Made by a program: the position numbers and the translations under genes. 64,000 nucleotides of DNA from Felis catus. Lineage: Eukaryota. The stretch lies in assembly GCF_018350175.1 (NCBI RefSeq), contig NC_058368.1, forward strand, positions 20,462,001-20,526,000. Reading direction: 5' to 3'. How positions within the stretch are numbered: position 1 is the first letter of the stretch; the number at the start of each line of letters is the position of its first letter. Shown one piece after another: positions 28,201 to 42,692 of the stretch. The notes under the pieces were generated by a model. The model did not search any database. It worked only from the letters and a program-made list of their open reading frames with translations, and was not told where the DNA came from.

Positions 28201-31200
28201 GATACAGATGAGCAAACAGGTCCAGAAGGGTCAAACATTTGCCCTAAGTGGCTGGGTTGTGGTGGCCCAGCCAGGACATGACCCCACGTGTCTGTTTCCA
28301 AAGACCATGCTCTGGTCTGTTTCCCATTATTTTCCCTTTTCCCTGATTCTCTACTTTCGCAAGACCCTATTTTAACTAAGAAATAGAAGTACAATCTTAC
28401 TATTTAGAGAGTCAGATACACTTAACAGAAGAATTAAAAGCACAAGTTTTGGGAAGTGCCTCTGGGAAGCAGCCTCGGCTGGGGGCGACGAGTGAGGGGA
28501 GACAAGGTAGCAAGAACATACGAATTTTCATTTTAGCCCCTTCTGGACTCTGGTTATTTTTTTCACGGTGGAGAGTTTGGATGGAAGTTTTTGAAATAGC
28601 CTTTAATCTCCTGGTTTATTTCATACTTTTTATACGTGCCACCTCAAATCCTCTGAAGATTTAATCAAGATGCAAACACACATACATACAAACATATACT
28701 TTATGTATATGCTTTTGAAAGATAAAATAAATTTTTTTTTTAAAAAGGAGCTCATTTTAAGTGGAAACCCTCCCACCATAGAAGGAAGCAAAGATCTTGG
28801 TAGGAGCCCAGCTCCTTAAACTCTTCCCTCGCTCAGACCACAAGCTGTAAGCCGGGGTACTCAGCTGCCTACACATCAGGTCGGGGAGAAAGGTGCTTCT
28901 CTCGGGGATCCCCCAGGTGAAGTCTTCATCCTTATTTCCTGACGTACATCTACCGTGAGATGGTGCGTACTTAAGCGTCAACATTTATTCCTAGAGAAAG
29001 AGGATCTCTTCTGACATATCTTGATTTTCCAAATGAGTGACTTTAGACCGCAGACGGCATCCTACTTCCAGGATGAGAAAGCAACTCCTCTCCAAATTGC
29101 TCTGAGCGCCTGATCTTTCTGAGGGTGAAGATGCCCCTGGTCCCTTGGTCACAGGCCGAGCACGGCCGCTGGCCCCTCCCTGGAGTGTGGGCAGAAGCAA
29201 CACGCGTGGTGAAGGCTCACTGGGGTCCAAACATTGTTCCTCCCTTCCTTTACCCTTGACTCCACTGAGCCTGTTTCTTCTCTTTAAAAGGGAGATAATA
29301 CTTGCCGTCTAGGGTGGGTTAGGGAATTAGGGATAATATCAAATTCCTGACATAGGGTGCCCCAAACCGTAGTGGATTTTATGTGATTGGGGGTATAGTT
29401 CTGTGTGCTGTAATGGGTAGGCACTGTTGTTTCACAAAGCCTCAAGAGCATAATTTAAACAACCTGGGTTCGCTGAGAGAAAACACGTCGTGTCTTTTGG
29501 TTAGGAGATGAACGCGCCATCGTTCCGCGTGGAGAGAGAAGCAGACGGGAGGATGCTTCTCCATTACTACTCTGATAGGAGGGGTCTGTGCCACATCGTA
29601 CCAGGTATGGGAATGTCTTAACCAGTCCCACCGCTACGAGGCCTCTGGGGGATGGTCCCCTCACAATTCTCCAGGATGGCTAATAGCCAACCCAGCTCTT
29701 CCATAATCTGATTTTTTGCTGTCTTGACCATTACTTCCAAAGTCTTTGAGCCTTTAAAATAAGTTCCCAAAGTGCCAAAAGGAGGAATAATTTCCATTTT
29801 TATTTTAACATTTTAAACTAGGTATTTACATAGTTATGATAATTCTGCATATATTATTTTGTATCAACCTTTCTTGTGTATTCAGCATTATGGAGAAAGC
29901 ATCCATCCACGTTTTTACGTGGTCTTTAAAACTCATTTTCAGGGGCTCCTGGGTGGCTCAGTCGGTTAAGCGTCCGACTTCACCTCAGGTCACGATCTCG
30001 CGGTCCGTGAGTTCGAGCCCCGCGTCGGGCTCTGGGCTGATGGCTCAGAGCCTGGAGCCTGCTTCTGATTCTGTGTCTCCCTCTCTCTCTGCCCCTCCCC
30101 CGTTCATGCTCTGTCTCTCTGTCTCAAAAATAAATAAACGTTAAAAAAAAAATTTAAAACTCATTTTCAAAGGCCGAATGGCATTTCATATGGTAATTGA
30201 CCAGGCCCCACTGTTGAATTTGTAGTTGGTGCTACTCTTTTGCTATTGTAACCAGTGCTGTCGTGAACATCTTCATGCGTGCTTTTCCCATGTTTACATT
30301 ATAACCCAGGGATAGATTTCTGGAGAACCTCTTTTTAAAACATGATCCTTAATGCTTTTACAACTAAACTTTGTTTACATTATTTCTAGAGTGTGTTTGT
30401 TTAGTGAGTGAAATGCCTTCCTGAAATAAACAAATGAATAGATGCTGAGCTAGAAATTAGAGTGGCAGGGATATGTTTGGTATCCAGACATGTACAACTT
30501 AAACCTCTACCTGTAAGTTCTTTTATTTTTGAATTTTATTAATCTACCGTATGCTGCCTGTCTTGATGCAAGGCCTGGACTTAGTGAACCCTGGAATGTT
30601 CATCTGAAGTTGTATAACTTGATTATTTTATGACTTTGGCTGACATAACTGCCTCTTGCCATTCCTCATCAGTAGGTGTCCTTCTGCTGCAGGTATCATT
30701 GAGGCTGTGGCCAAAGACTTCTTTGACATTGATGTGACCATGGATATCCTCAGCATGAATAAGGAAGAGGAGAGGACAGGAAAGAAAGAGCATGTTGTGT
30801 TTCTGGTTGTACAGAAGTCTCACAGCCAGATGGGAAGGGCAAAGCCAAACAGGTTAAAAGGCAACCAGGATATCCAGAGGGACCAAGAGGTATTGGGTTT
30901 GCTATGTCTTCAGAAAGCACAGATCCTCCTAGTGGATCTACTGGTCTTGGAACAATCTGTGCAAAGAACAGAACCAAATGGACCTTCTCATAGTGGATTT
31001 AAGGCAGATATTCTCAATCTCCACTATTGGCATTTGGGACCAGATCGTTCTTTGTTATGACGGCCTGTCCTGTGTGTGTTTAGCAGCATTGCTAGTCTAC
31101 CCACTAGATGCAAATAGCACCCCCGCTCCCCGCTCCTCAGTTGTGGCAATCAACAATGTCTCCAGGCATCACCATGTATCCCCAAGGCAGGGGTGGGGGA

Positions 31201-34200
31201 CAAAAATCATTCCTCGTTGAGAACCTCTGGGTTAAGAAAACTTGGATAAACATTGGGAAGTATTCTGGGATGAACCTTAGCCTGGAACATTTTCACCTCT
31301 GAAAACACCAATATAAAGGCCGGAAATTTGGATTTGGTGGCTTATTTTGCAATCCTTCTAAAATAAATTGACCTTTTGAAGTCCTTAGTGCCCACTTCCG
31401 TAGCTGGGGCCAGTTAGGAGTCTGGAGCCAATGTGCCATCCTGGGATTGGCTGCCTCAGTTGCAACTTGTGGAGTGAACATTATCTATTTAGGTACTACA
31501 TATATTAGGTACACAGCTCTCTGTGTCCACACAGCTAATACAAATATCCAGATAACGTTGTGGTTCGTGGAGCCCACGGTGTTGATATCTCAGAGCATTC
31601 AAAGCCCACCTCAGAGCCTGTTTGCTACAGAATCTACAACCACAAGAAGACAAGATGGTCAGGTGTCATTTTTCTGCCAGCCCTGTCTTGAGATTTGCAA
31701 AAAAAGTTCTCGCTGCCTTTGGCAGAGAAACAACATGAGGATTAATTAGATAAAAATCTTGGGGATCACAGTGCCTTGCTAACATTGACCTTGCAAGGCC
31801 TTGCTGTTCCTCTGGTCCCAGTTACAGCAGAAGGGGCTTGTGTGTCTCCAGTTACACGACCAGTCACATGACCAGACACGTGTGCTTCTCTCCCTGCCAC
31901 CTGTAGGCCCTGGAGGCAGCTTTCCTTAGGATGAAGGAGAAATATTTGAGTGTCTCTGTTTGCCCTGTGAAGAAATCCCACTGGGAAGTTGTGAGAAGTA
32001 TAGTCATGTTCGGAAAAGGTGAGTCGGCCGTTCTCCTGACCTTGGCTCTCAGAGCAGAATCATTGTTTGGTGCACACAACTCAACTGGGCAAAGTCGTCT
32101 CTGATGATGACGTCACTGATTTCTGCAGAGCTTGGATTTGGCGGGCATGGTCTTACGCACTCAAACATCAGACTCTAACTTGCCTTCCTTTGCCCCTTTT
32201 ATTTGCGCTGGGTGGCACAGACGCACAGTCTCCCCAGTAGTCAGGGAAAGCCGCCGGAGAGAGGAGGGGAATCTGTCCCAGTTGGTCACTGTGTTGAAAG
32301 GAAGGAGGAATGACTACTGACATATTCTCAAGAACAGTGAATTTTCTACAGCTTCTCAGGCCTTCTGGACTGGGATGCAATTCAGGCCAGGAAGCCTGTG
32401 GTTAATAACCACAGTATCCAGTAGTGCAAAGGACACTGGATTAGGAGCCAAGAAAGCAGATCTCTGGCTCTGTCCCTGAGGAGCTGAATGACCTTGAACA
32501 AGGTCCCCCATCTTCCATGTGAAAAATGAAGGCATCAGGCTTTCAAGGCGCCCTTGTTGACACTGAGCCCGTCTCGTGATCAGCACCTAATGGCTGAGCC
32601 AGAATGAGAGCCCCGCCCCGTGGGGAGCCGGGGAGCTAGAGCCCTCCCCATCATGCCCTGTGGGTCACGGTGACATGCATCTGGGAGGAGGTCTGCAGGG
32701 CTCAAAAGGCTGCATTTTGAGTCCCTCAAGCCATGGCAAGCGAGTCAAACACGCAATTGACATCCTTTGTCTGGGAGATTTTCATATCAAAAAGGCTCCA
32801 TTTCGAATCTCTACCCCCTGCCAAATAGGGCTGTTGGTGAAATTTTCATGTGCCACCCAAAACTGTCAGTCTAAAAAGCTCCATGGCAAATGTCCCTGAC
32901 GCTGGGCCGGGCACACACGCTCTGCTCCGCTAGCTCATTGTCTGGCTGTCACCGTTTCAATGCCGGCTCTGTTTCCCTGGCGAGACGTACTCAGTTGGCC
33001 CAGAGACTCTTCAGCGGCGGGCAGAAACTTGGCAGGGGCTGGGGGGGCGGAGGGGGGTGCTTCTTAACCCAGTAGCAAGTTTTCTGTTTGTTTTAATTTG
33101 GAAGAATCGCTGTGGCCATCTGGAGACGCCAAGGGGGCCTCTGATAGAGAGTGGGGACTGCTCTGTGGCCATGAAACATTTAAGACACTACCCCAAGCTC
33201 TGCTCTGTGTCAGCTTGGTGGCGTGAACGGCCTCTGAACAGGACTCTCTTTTTCTACATCCAGGGCATCTCGTGAACACCTTTGTGCCCGTTTATCCCGA
33301 GCGTCTCTGGATTGAACAGAAGACATTCTGCAATGCTTTTCCTTTCCACATTGTATTTGATGAATCAGTAAGAGGCCCTTTCCCGCTGTAGCTTGCACTG
33401 GGGCTAAGCTGGGAAGGGAGTATGTCGTATAGTCTTTCATGTCAAGTCCCTGAGGAGTCCCCAGGGGTTGGGAGACTAGGGTTTAGCCTGGCCTGACCAT
33501 TGGCTTTCTTTTCATTGTGGCCTCCTTCAGAAACTAGAATGCTGGAACTTCTCCGTGGGTATGGTGGGGGGGGGGGGTGGGCAGCAGCAAGGGATCTGCA
33601 CTGATGAGTGCACGGGAAGGTTTGCCATTAGAGAAAAAGGAAGCGACACCAAAGTTCACGACGCCAAGAGACAAAAGAATGCAGTCGGTAATGGCAGGGT
33701 GAGATTCTAGATGTGATCCCTCGCTGTCCTCGTGGCCACTGCGGTTGTCTCAGTCCCACTAGGGTTCTCTCTCTGCATCTTGAAGGCAGGGGAGAAGGCT
33801 GTGCCAACTCATGCCACTGTTCCGTGGGAGTTGTGACGATGACCATTAATGACAAACGTTTGGTTGTTATCAGTTTCCTTGGATGAAATATATGTCAACT
33901 GAAGTGACTATGAGCTCCTTTCAAAGGCAGTTAGGTAAAATAAATTTGGTCAAAAAATCAATTAAAACGGCTTCAGGTAATTGCGATTTTCTCTGCTAGT
34001 TGTTTGAATGCAGAGATATGTTTGGATCATCACCTACCGGTTGACTGCTGGATACAGAATCTATGAAATTTACTCATTTGAGGGTCATCTTTGCTTGCAA
34101 AGAATTGATCTGAGGAAATCAAACACTCCTATAAGAAACAATTAGGGAGGGGCACCAGGGTGGCTCAGTCCGTTAAAAGTTCGACTTGATTTTGGCTCAG

Positions 34201-37200
34201 GTCGTGACCTCAACAACTAGGGAATTGTAAAGTAATGTACTTTGGTTTTTCCCCAATGCTGTGAGGACACTATTATTGCTATTATCAATGTTTTAAATTC
34301 CGATGTACTTTCTTTTCATTTTTTTTTTTTTTTGAGAGAGAGAGAGGGAGAGAGAGATTCCAACCAGGCTCTGCCAGTCAACACGGAGACAGGCTTGGGG
34401 CTTAGTCTCATGAACCTTGAGATCATGACCTGAGCCGAAATCAAGAGTCAGATGTTTAACTGACCGAGCCACCCAGGTGTCCCTGATGTACTTTTTTTTT
34501 TTAATTAAAAAAAATTGTTTTTAATTTATTTTTGAGACACACACACACATACACACACACACACACAGAGCAAGCAAGGGAGGGGCAGAGAGAGAGAGAG
34601 AGGGAGACGCAGAATCCGAAACAGGCTCCAGGCTCTGCGATGCCAGCGCAGAGCCTGATGCGGGGCTCAAACTCACAAACCATGAGATCATGACCTGAGC
34701 TGAAGTCAGATGCTTAACCGACTGAGCCACCTAGGCTCACCGCCCCTGCACCCCCACCCCATCGCCCCATACTTTTAAAACTCCTTTTCCTTTTTAAGTT
34801 TTGGGCATAGAATACCAGTAAGTTTAATGATAGTTATTCCATGATGTTAAGTTGATTTCTGTAGCCTAACAGAGTGCCCGTGGTTAGTGAAGTTATGTAT
34901 TCCTGGACAGCCTGTGCAGGCATTGGATATTTTATGTACTCTTTGCTTCTTTCTTCCGTGTGTTCTCTGGAAACAGCAGTGAAAGATGTCTCCATGGCCT
35001 CCATGATGGACGCCTTCACCTGGGCCTGGGTGTCAGATCTAAGTCACAGAATTGGCTAGTTTCTTTGTTAGTGAATTCTAAGAAGTCCCACAAAGCTGGG
35101 GAAGAACTGTTACTCCAACTGAAACATTTAACCTCTGTTTCTTGTCAGTCAAAGGTTTGCTGTTGAACACCCCATGCCATCCTTTTCTCTTTCAGAGATG
35201 AGCTGCAGATTTGATTTTTAAAATAATGTTTATTACTTCCACGGTAATACTGACCATTACTGACCCCTTTTAGTGAGTCGCAAAGCATGCGGAGTGATAT
35301 TTGCAAGGGAGAGTTTACGGTGAGGGTTGCTTTCTGTTCCCCGGTCTTACGCCTGTCCTCTGTGGGTAGCTGAGGGTCAAGCAAGCCGGAGTGAATATTC
35401 AGAAGTATGTCCCAGGACTCCAAAACCAGAAGATTCGATTGGATGAGTATTTCTCCATCATTCATCCCCAAGTTACCTTCGACATTTTCAGCATCTGCAA
35501 ATTTATCAACAGTCAATTTGTCCTGAAGGTCCGAAGAGAAAGGATGCCTGAGGCATGGAAAAGCCAGCCCGCACTCAAACTGCGAGGTAAGTAACTCTGC
35601 CCTTTCCCATTGCTCTCTGCAGTGTGGGAGATTTCTCGGAAAGGGACCAGGCCGAGCTTTCTGATTTCTTCAGAAAAGCTGGCTAAAAAGCTGGAGGCTG
35701 CCCCGGGAGAACTAGTGAGAAGCTTTAACTGTTTATTTTTATCATTGAGAGAGCGAAAGCACATGCAAGCAGGGGATGGGCAGAGAGGGAGACAGAGGAT
35801 CTGAAGCGGGCTCTGTGCTGACAGAAGAGACAAAGCCAGATGCAGGGCTTGAACTCACGGACCAGAAGATCATGACCTGAGTCAGACGCTTAACTGCCTG
35901 AGCCACCAGGCATCCCTAGCGAGAAGCTTCAAAGTGTTGAGTGCAGCGAGCCGTGGCGCCGGGGTGGTAACTGAGGAACAGATTCAGGAGATAATTAAGG
36001 CAGGAGTTGGAGACTGGATGTCGGTGTTGAAAAAGAGAGAGGCTATTTAGGATAAGGATTAGCTTTCTTGCTCGGGTAACTGGGTGGTGAAGGTGTGATT
36101 AACAGAAAAGACCCCGTGTGAACTTCCTGGGGCAGGGACTTTGCCCATTTGGGTCACTGCTGTATCCTCCAAGTCTAGAATAGTGTGCCTGGCTCACAGT
36201 AGAGACCAAGTGCACGTGCGATGAAGCAATTAAACAGAACATTTGCAAAGGAGCTTGAAGACGAGTTCAGTTGCAGACATCCATGCATAAATATTAATAG
36301 GCAATTAAAAAAATCACTGTTGATGGGAGTATAAATTGTCACAATCATTTTAGAGGGCGTTTTAGCAATACGCATCGAAAACATTAAAAGTGAGCATATT
36401 CTTCGCCTCAGTAATTCCATTTCTAAGATTATATCTTTAACAGAATTGTCACGATTATCCACAACGACTTACCTTAAGCTTGGTCATTGCGATGTTGTTT
36501 ATAGGGTGATAAAAGGGGTGTAACACAATCAGTGCTAGCTAATTGCTTAAGTAAAATACAGTATAATCAATGTGGCCAGCGAAAAGTATGATGCATATCT
36601 CCATTTATGCCATGGAAGGATATATCTATTATAAAATTGAAGTGAAAAATTCAGATTACAGAAAAAGATGGCAGAGAACCCCATTTTTTAGTAGTTATCT
36701 GAGCGGCGTGATTATGGGTGACTTAAAAATATTTTATTACGAAAATATTAATGTTTATTTTTGAGAGAGAAAGAGTATGAGTGGGGGAGGGGCAGAGAGA
36801 GAGGGAGACACAGAATCCGAAACAGGCTCCAGGCTCCGAGCTGTCAGCACAGACCCCGACGCGGGGCTCAGACCCACAAACCGCAAGATCATGACCTGAG
36901 CAGAAGTCAGGCACTTAACCGACTGAGCCACCCAGGCGCCCCTATGGGTGACTTTTAATATTGTCTTCAGCCGTTTTCATTTTCTGCAATGCATGTGTAC
37001 CACTTTTATAATAAAATAATAAACAGATCTGTTTTTAAGGAAATATGCATTGAGTCCAGGCAGCAAGGTTTCTCTGGGAATTCAGATTCATTGTCAGCAT
37101 GGTGTCGGAGGCAGCTGTGGAATACTAAGAGAGAACGCCAAGACAGAACCCCGGGGAACACCAGCATTGAAGGAATGAGCGAAAAAACCTAAAGGAAAAA

Positions 37201-39879
37201 TTGAAAGAAGTGTCGGGGAAGTCCGTGAAAGTGAGGTTTCAGGGAGGGGGTTCTGCCCAACGCCATCCAACAGCAGAAGGCCTCAGTAAGGGAGAGACAG
37301 ATAGACTCGTATTGGAGTAGGTAGATCGGAAGCCGGGGTTGGGGCCACTTCCAAGTAAAGAGAGGCGCTGTGAGCCAGGGAAGATGGGTAAGTGGAGACA
37401 GGATGTATAGACAGACGGCTGTCAAGAAATTTGGCTAGAAGGGAAGGGGTGAGACCGTGCGGTGGATACGAGGGCATATTGTGTGGATGATGATCTGGCG
37501 AGCTGTAGTGTAGCACCGGCGGGTGACCTGCTGCATTGTCACCTTTCTCTCGTGACGGCAAGGCCAGATGATCTGGATGGAGTCCGCGCGGTGCATGATA
37601 TACCTGTGCTCCCCGAAGCTCCGCAGCCTACGAGAGCTGGAGGCGCACCGGATGCACCTGTCTGACATCGCCCCCCACGACACCACCAGGGACCTCATCC
37701 TCCTGAACCAGCAGCGGCTGGCAGAGATTGAGCTGTCCAACCAGCTGGAGAGGAAGAAGGAGGAGCTGCGGGTCCTCTCCCAGCACTTGGCCATAGAAAA
37801 GAAGAAAACCGAGACCTTGCTTTATGCCATGCTGCCGGAACATGTGGCCAACCAGCTGAAGGAGGGCAAAAAGGTCGCTGCGGGTAAAGCATTCCCTCCC
37901 CTTCATGGGTGCCTCTGGGCAAGAGTAGCGGTGTGCCTCGGGGGTTAGGGGCACAGGCTCCGAAACCAGACAGCTCTAGGTTTGGATTCTGGGTCATCGC
38001 TTGTTAGCAGCATGATCTCGGGCAGGTTGCTTGAGATGCACGTCCTCAGTTTTCTCCTCCCAACATCAAGAATAATGAAAGTAATACCAGAGTGAAACAT
38101 GGATTAAGTAAGAGTGCCTGTCAACTTCACCCATCTATGGCACATTCTCTAAGACCCGAAAGCTATGGCTTGACACTGGCCTTTTCGTCAGCGGCCACGA
38201 ATAGAGTTCTTTAGCTGGAAATAATACACCCACACGTTACCTAAATCATGGGCCTCTAAAGACCATTCTGGGAGAGCAGGCCATTTCTGGAGGAAACGAT
38301 GCCATGTTTACTCTGACCTCACGTCCCATTTGTCACGGGTGCGTGTTCACCCCCAGACATGTGTGGTAAACTAACTCAATGCCAGGGTGCTGCCAGGTCT
38401 CGAGGACCCAAAGGAGGTCACAGTCTTGCAGGTTTGACAGACATATACAGAATAATTTCACAGGGGTGGCAGTAGCCAAAGGAAAGGGAACTTACGTGCA
38501 TTAAAGAGCAATTATTGTGCCAGGATCTGTGTTAGATGTTTTTAGACGTGCCATTTCATCGAATTCTCTGAACACTTCTATGAGCGGGGTGCTATTATCC
38601 AAAACAGCTGAGTAAATCTACATTCACCCCAGTTTATGAGTAAAAGAGCTGAAGACTAATCAGAAGTCCGTCTAACTCCAACATTCATACTTTTTCCATG
38701 ACAAAGGTGTGGAAACACAGACGCCAGGGAAATTCATGATAAAAAGGCGTCAGAAAGGAAGAGACAGGAGGCAGGGGCTGTGAGGGTTTGTATATATCAA
38801 GTGTATGGCACTTGAGTTAGACCTTGAGACTTTATTTCAGAGGAAAAGCAGGGAAAGGCATTTTGGGAGAACGGGATTGCAGGAGCAAAGGTGAGGCAGT
38901 CTCAAGATAAATACCGCAGCCTGTAGGATACTCCACTTGACATGACCAGTAGGTAGCTAGGAATTGTGGGGAGAGCTCGAGGAAAGTTCCTTGGGTAAGC
39001 TATCGATCTAGGAATTATTGCAGTGTGGGTGGTGGTTAAACACCGACTCTATGAATTATAAATAAGGTCATCCAGGGGGCAGGAGGTGAGAAGGGACGAG
39101 GGTTAGGTTTTGAAGCTTAAGGAACACCTATTATTTAAGGAGGAAGAAAAGCCAGTGGAATGTGTGAAACAAGGAGATCAGAAAGGTAGGGAGAATATGA
39201 GGAGAGAATGGCAGGCCAGAAGCCAGAGGGCAGAGGAAGCTACGAGAAGGAGAGATTATTACCAGAGGTATAAATAATACAGAGAATGCCCAGCTGTGTT
39301 CAAGCAGTCACCCATTTGGTCATCCAACAAGTATTTATTGAGGATCTTCTATGTGCCAGGCCCTGCTCTAGGTGCTGGGGATACAGCAGAGTACGAAACA
39401 GTCTCTCATCTCGTGGAGCTTACAGTCCAGTGGGGAAGATAGGCAACAAACAAATAAAAAAATCCCATATAAAATATGCCATGTAAGGTTTGTGGGGTTG
39501 GGGGCGGAAATCAGGCCAAAAGGATAGAGTCTAGGGACTGTTACTTTAGATAGAGTGATAAAGGAAGTTCTCACTGAGGTGGTTATGTGTGAGATGTGAG
39601 ACAGCGCCCTTTGGATATTGGAGAAAAGAGAAGTCGGAGAAAAGAGGCAGAGGAAACAGCAGGTGCCAGGGGCCTAAGCAGGAGGCACTTATGAAACCCC
39701 AAGGAGGCCAGTGTGGCTGGAGTGGAGTAAGCCAGGGAGCATGGAGATGTGAGATCAGAGAGATGGTGGGGACAGAGGGGACCCCTTACTGGCCATGGTA
39801 AGGATTTTCTTTCTTCTCTTTTTTTTTTGAGGGTGGGGGGGCAGTGGGGAGAGCAGGAAAGAGCACACGAGCAGGGGAG

Positions 39880-39916
<37 letters not shown>

Positions 39917-42644
39917 AAGAGAGTATCTTAAGTAGCAAGGAGCCTGACACAGGGCTTGATGTGGGGCTTGATCCCACAACCCAGGAATCATGACCCGAGC
40001 CAAAACCAAGAGTCGGGCACTCAACTGGCTGAGCCACCCAGGCACCCCAAGGATTTTCCAGTTTAGTCTCAGTGTGTTGAAATCACGGATTTGAGGCACA
40101 GGATTGGGGGGTCTGACTTCAACAGGTCATCTGGCTGCCGTATGAAAATTAGCAAGACTGGAAGCAGCCCAAGGAGTTAGGAGGACGCGCTGAGCACACG
40201 GTAGCCCTCTCGCCAGACACGGATAGTGGAAGTCGCCACTTGGTGACGACCAGTCTCTGTCAGCCCCGGCCTGGATCTCCTGTAGTTCGGGCTCCGCAGC
40301 AGGCCACCTGCCAGGAGCTTCTCTGTAAGCCAGGGCCCACCCACCTTTTCCTGTCCTGCCGTGGCTCTCATCACACCTTACCGGGTGCTCGTTTACTCTT
40401 ACGTCTTCTTCACTGGACTGGGAGCACCTTAGAGGCAGAGGTGCCATCTGTTCCACGTTGCACGCGTCTCCCTGAACAATGACCGGCTCATAGCAGGCAC
40501 TCAGGGAGTGTCTGTTGGCCGAATGGACCCGGCTCCTTTTCCCCAAGGCTCAGCCAGATTTGCTTCCCAGAGAGCACTCGAGTCTAGAATCCAGAGAATC
40601 ATCATCCCATATCCTTGGCTCTCACTGACGCTCAGTTTACGTTTTGCAGGAGAATTTAAAACCTGCACCATTCTCTTCAGTGACGTGGTGACATTTACTA
40701 ACATCTGTGCTGCCTGCCAACCTATCCAGATAGTGACCATGCTGAATTCCATGTATTCCAAGTTTGACAGATTAACCAGTGTCCACGAGGTCTACAAAGT
40801 AAGTGTTCACCTACTGCGTGTGTGTCCCGCTCAGGCAGGGCGGGAGCTCGGTTATCGGTCTTCCTTTGCCTCTCTCTTCGCTGCTCTGTGGTCTGGTGTG
40901 GATGGGAGTGGGGTGAGGAGCTACAGCTAACGGGGAGTTGGAGATATCTTAGCAATTTTAGTTTTTCAGAAATCCTTTTATAATATCCAGTGCCAAAAGG
41001 CCTTTGAGGGGCACACTGTTGTCCCAGAGAGTAATTCTACCCCTTCCATTCAGCAGAGAGTCTAATCTGAATAACGTACGTCTGATATATAGCATCATAC
41101 GCTAACTCAGGAGCCATGTCTTCTATGGAGCTTCCACCAGAAGCAGAAAGCCCTTTGGGCTAGCTCATTGGTGGTTTCCTGAGTCAGTTTTCCTCTCATC
41201 CCTCCCTTATGCTCCGTATACTCCTGGCCAATAACCACCAGCTTCGATATGGTCCTTCTGTCAATATGTGGAAAATGACAAAAATATTTAGTGATATATT
41301 GAATGCATGAAGGAAACCATCTGAATACCCTCTCTTCCCTCTTACAGGTGGAAACTATAGGAGATGCCTACATGGTGGTAGGGGGCGTACCGGTGCCCAT
41401 TGGAAGTCATGCTCAAAGAGTGGCTAACTTTGCTCTGGGGATGAGAATTTCTGCAAAAGAAGTGATGAATCCTGTTACTGGAGAGCCCATCCAGGTAGAG
41501 AGAAACTGAGTACTTTGTTTGATATCGACCATCCCACACACTACAAAGTAGAATTCTGTTTATTAGTCTGCTCACGTGACTGCTGGGCATGTTACAGTAA
41601 GTACGATGGGTAACGTCTCCCAACTCTTGTCTTCTCTTGAATATGTTTTAAGTAATAGAAATATTAGCAAAGATATCATCGTCCCAACTTTTCTTAAATT
41701 TCAGGGGAGGCTTTGGAGCGTGGGATTTTCATGTGATTTACCACGAGCGTCTTTCTCGATAGCTTGGGACAGTGCTGAGCAAGCCTCTCCACTTGCTTTG
41801 CAGGGCTCGATCCGTCTTGGTATCTGGCTCGTTCGTAACGCCTGCTTTTTTATTTGAGCATCCAACCTAACAAGTGGCTCACCCCCGCCCGCCCCTGGGG
41901 AAACTGTGTACTCAGCATGTCCTCTCCCAGGTCAAGTCAGGCTGAGGCGGGAAACTGCTTCCAGCCAGCAGCTCGGACACCACGATGCCATGAGAGATTT
42001 AGAACAGCTTTCCTCCCACCACGTGGCCCTGAGTGAGACGTCTGCCCACCTTTCTCACAGGAACCTGCTCTTCCAGGCATGGACATTTGTTCACACTATA
42101 AAAGATGGACAATTTTGGAGATGAAAAGCAGGTGTCGTCTTCTGTCTGCTCAGCAGATCCTTGACGCCCTGAGATGCCTTAGAGCAGGGCTCCTGCATTT
42201 TAAAATGCAATCCCTTCCCTGATCCTGGCAGTCAGGTCTTCAAAATAAACTACACAGCCAACTGAAACTCAATAGACAAGTATAAGACAGAATCGGATTT
42301 TTCTAAATTATGACCCTTATGTAGGAGATTCTGAAGATGTGTTCAGCTCACCTTCACCACAAGTCAGACGCTGAGAAATGCTGCAGGTTTCTGGTTCTGG
42401 TATGCACTGCGTGCTTCTGAGTAAAAGCCGGCTTTACGTAATTGCAGGAACTACATATCCACAATATTTGGTCTGTTGGAAACACTCAGATACATCCGTT
42501 GAATAAAAGCCCCAGGATCATAAATAAAAAATCAAGATGGGAGGGAATGAGATAAGAAGGTCAGATAAGAGATATGTGTTTCAGTTAAAGGGCTCTAATA
42601 TAAGCCATTAAAGAAAAAAAGGATTGAATATATACCGTTGTGTA

Positions 42645-42692
<48 letters not shown>

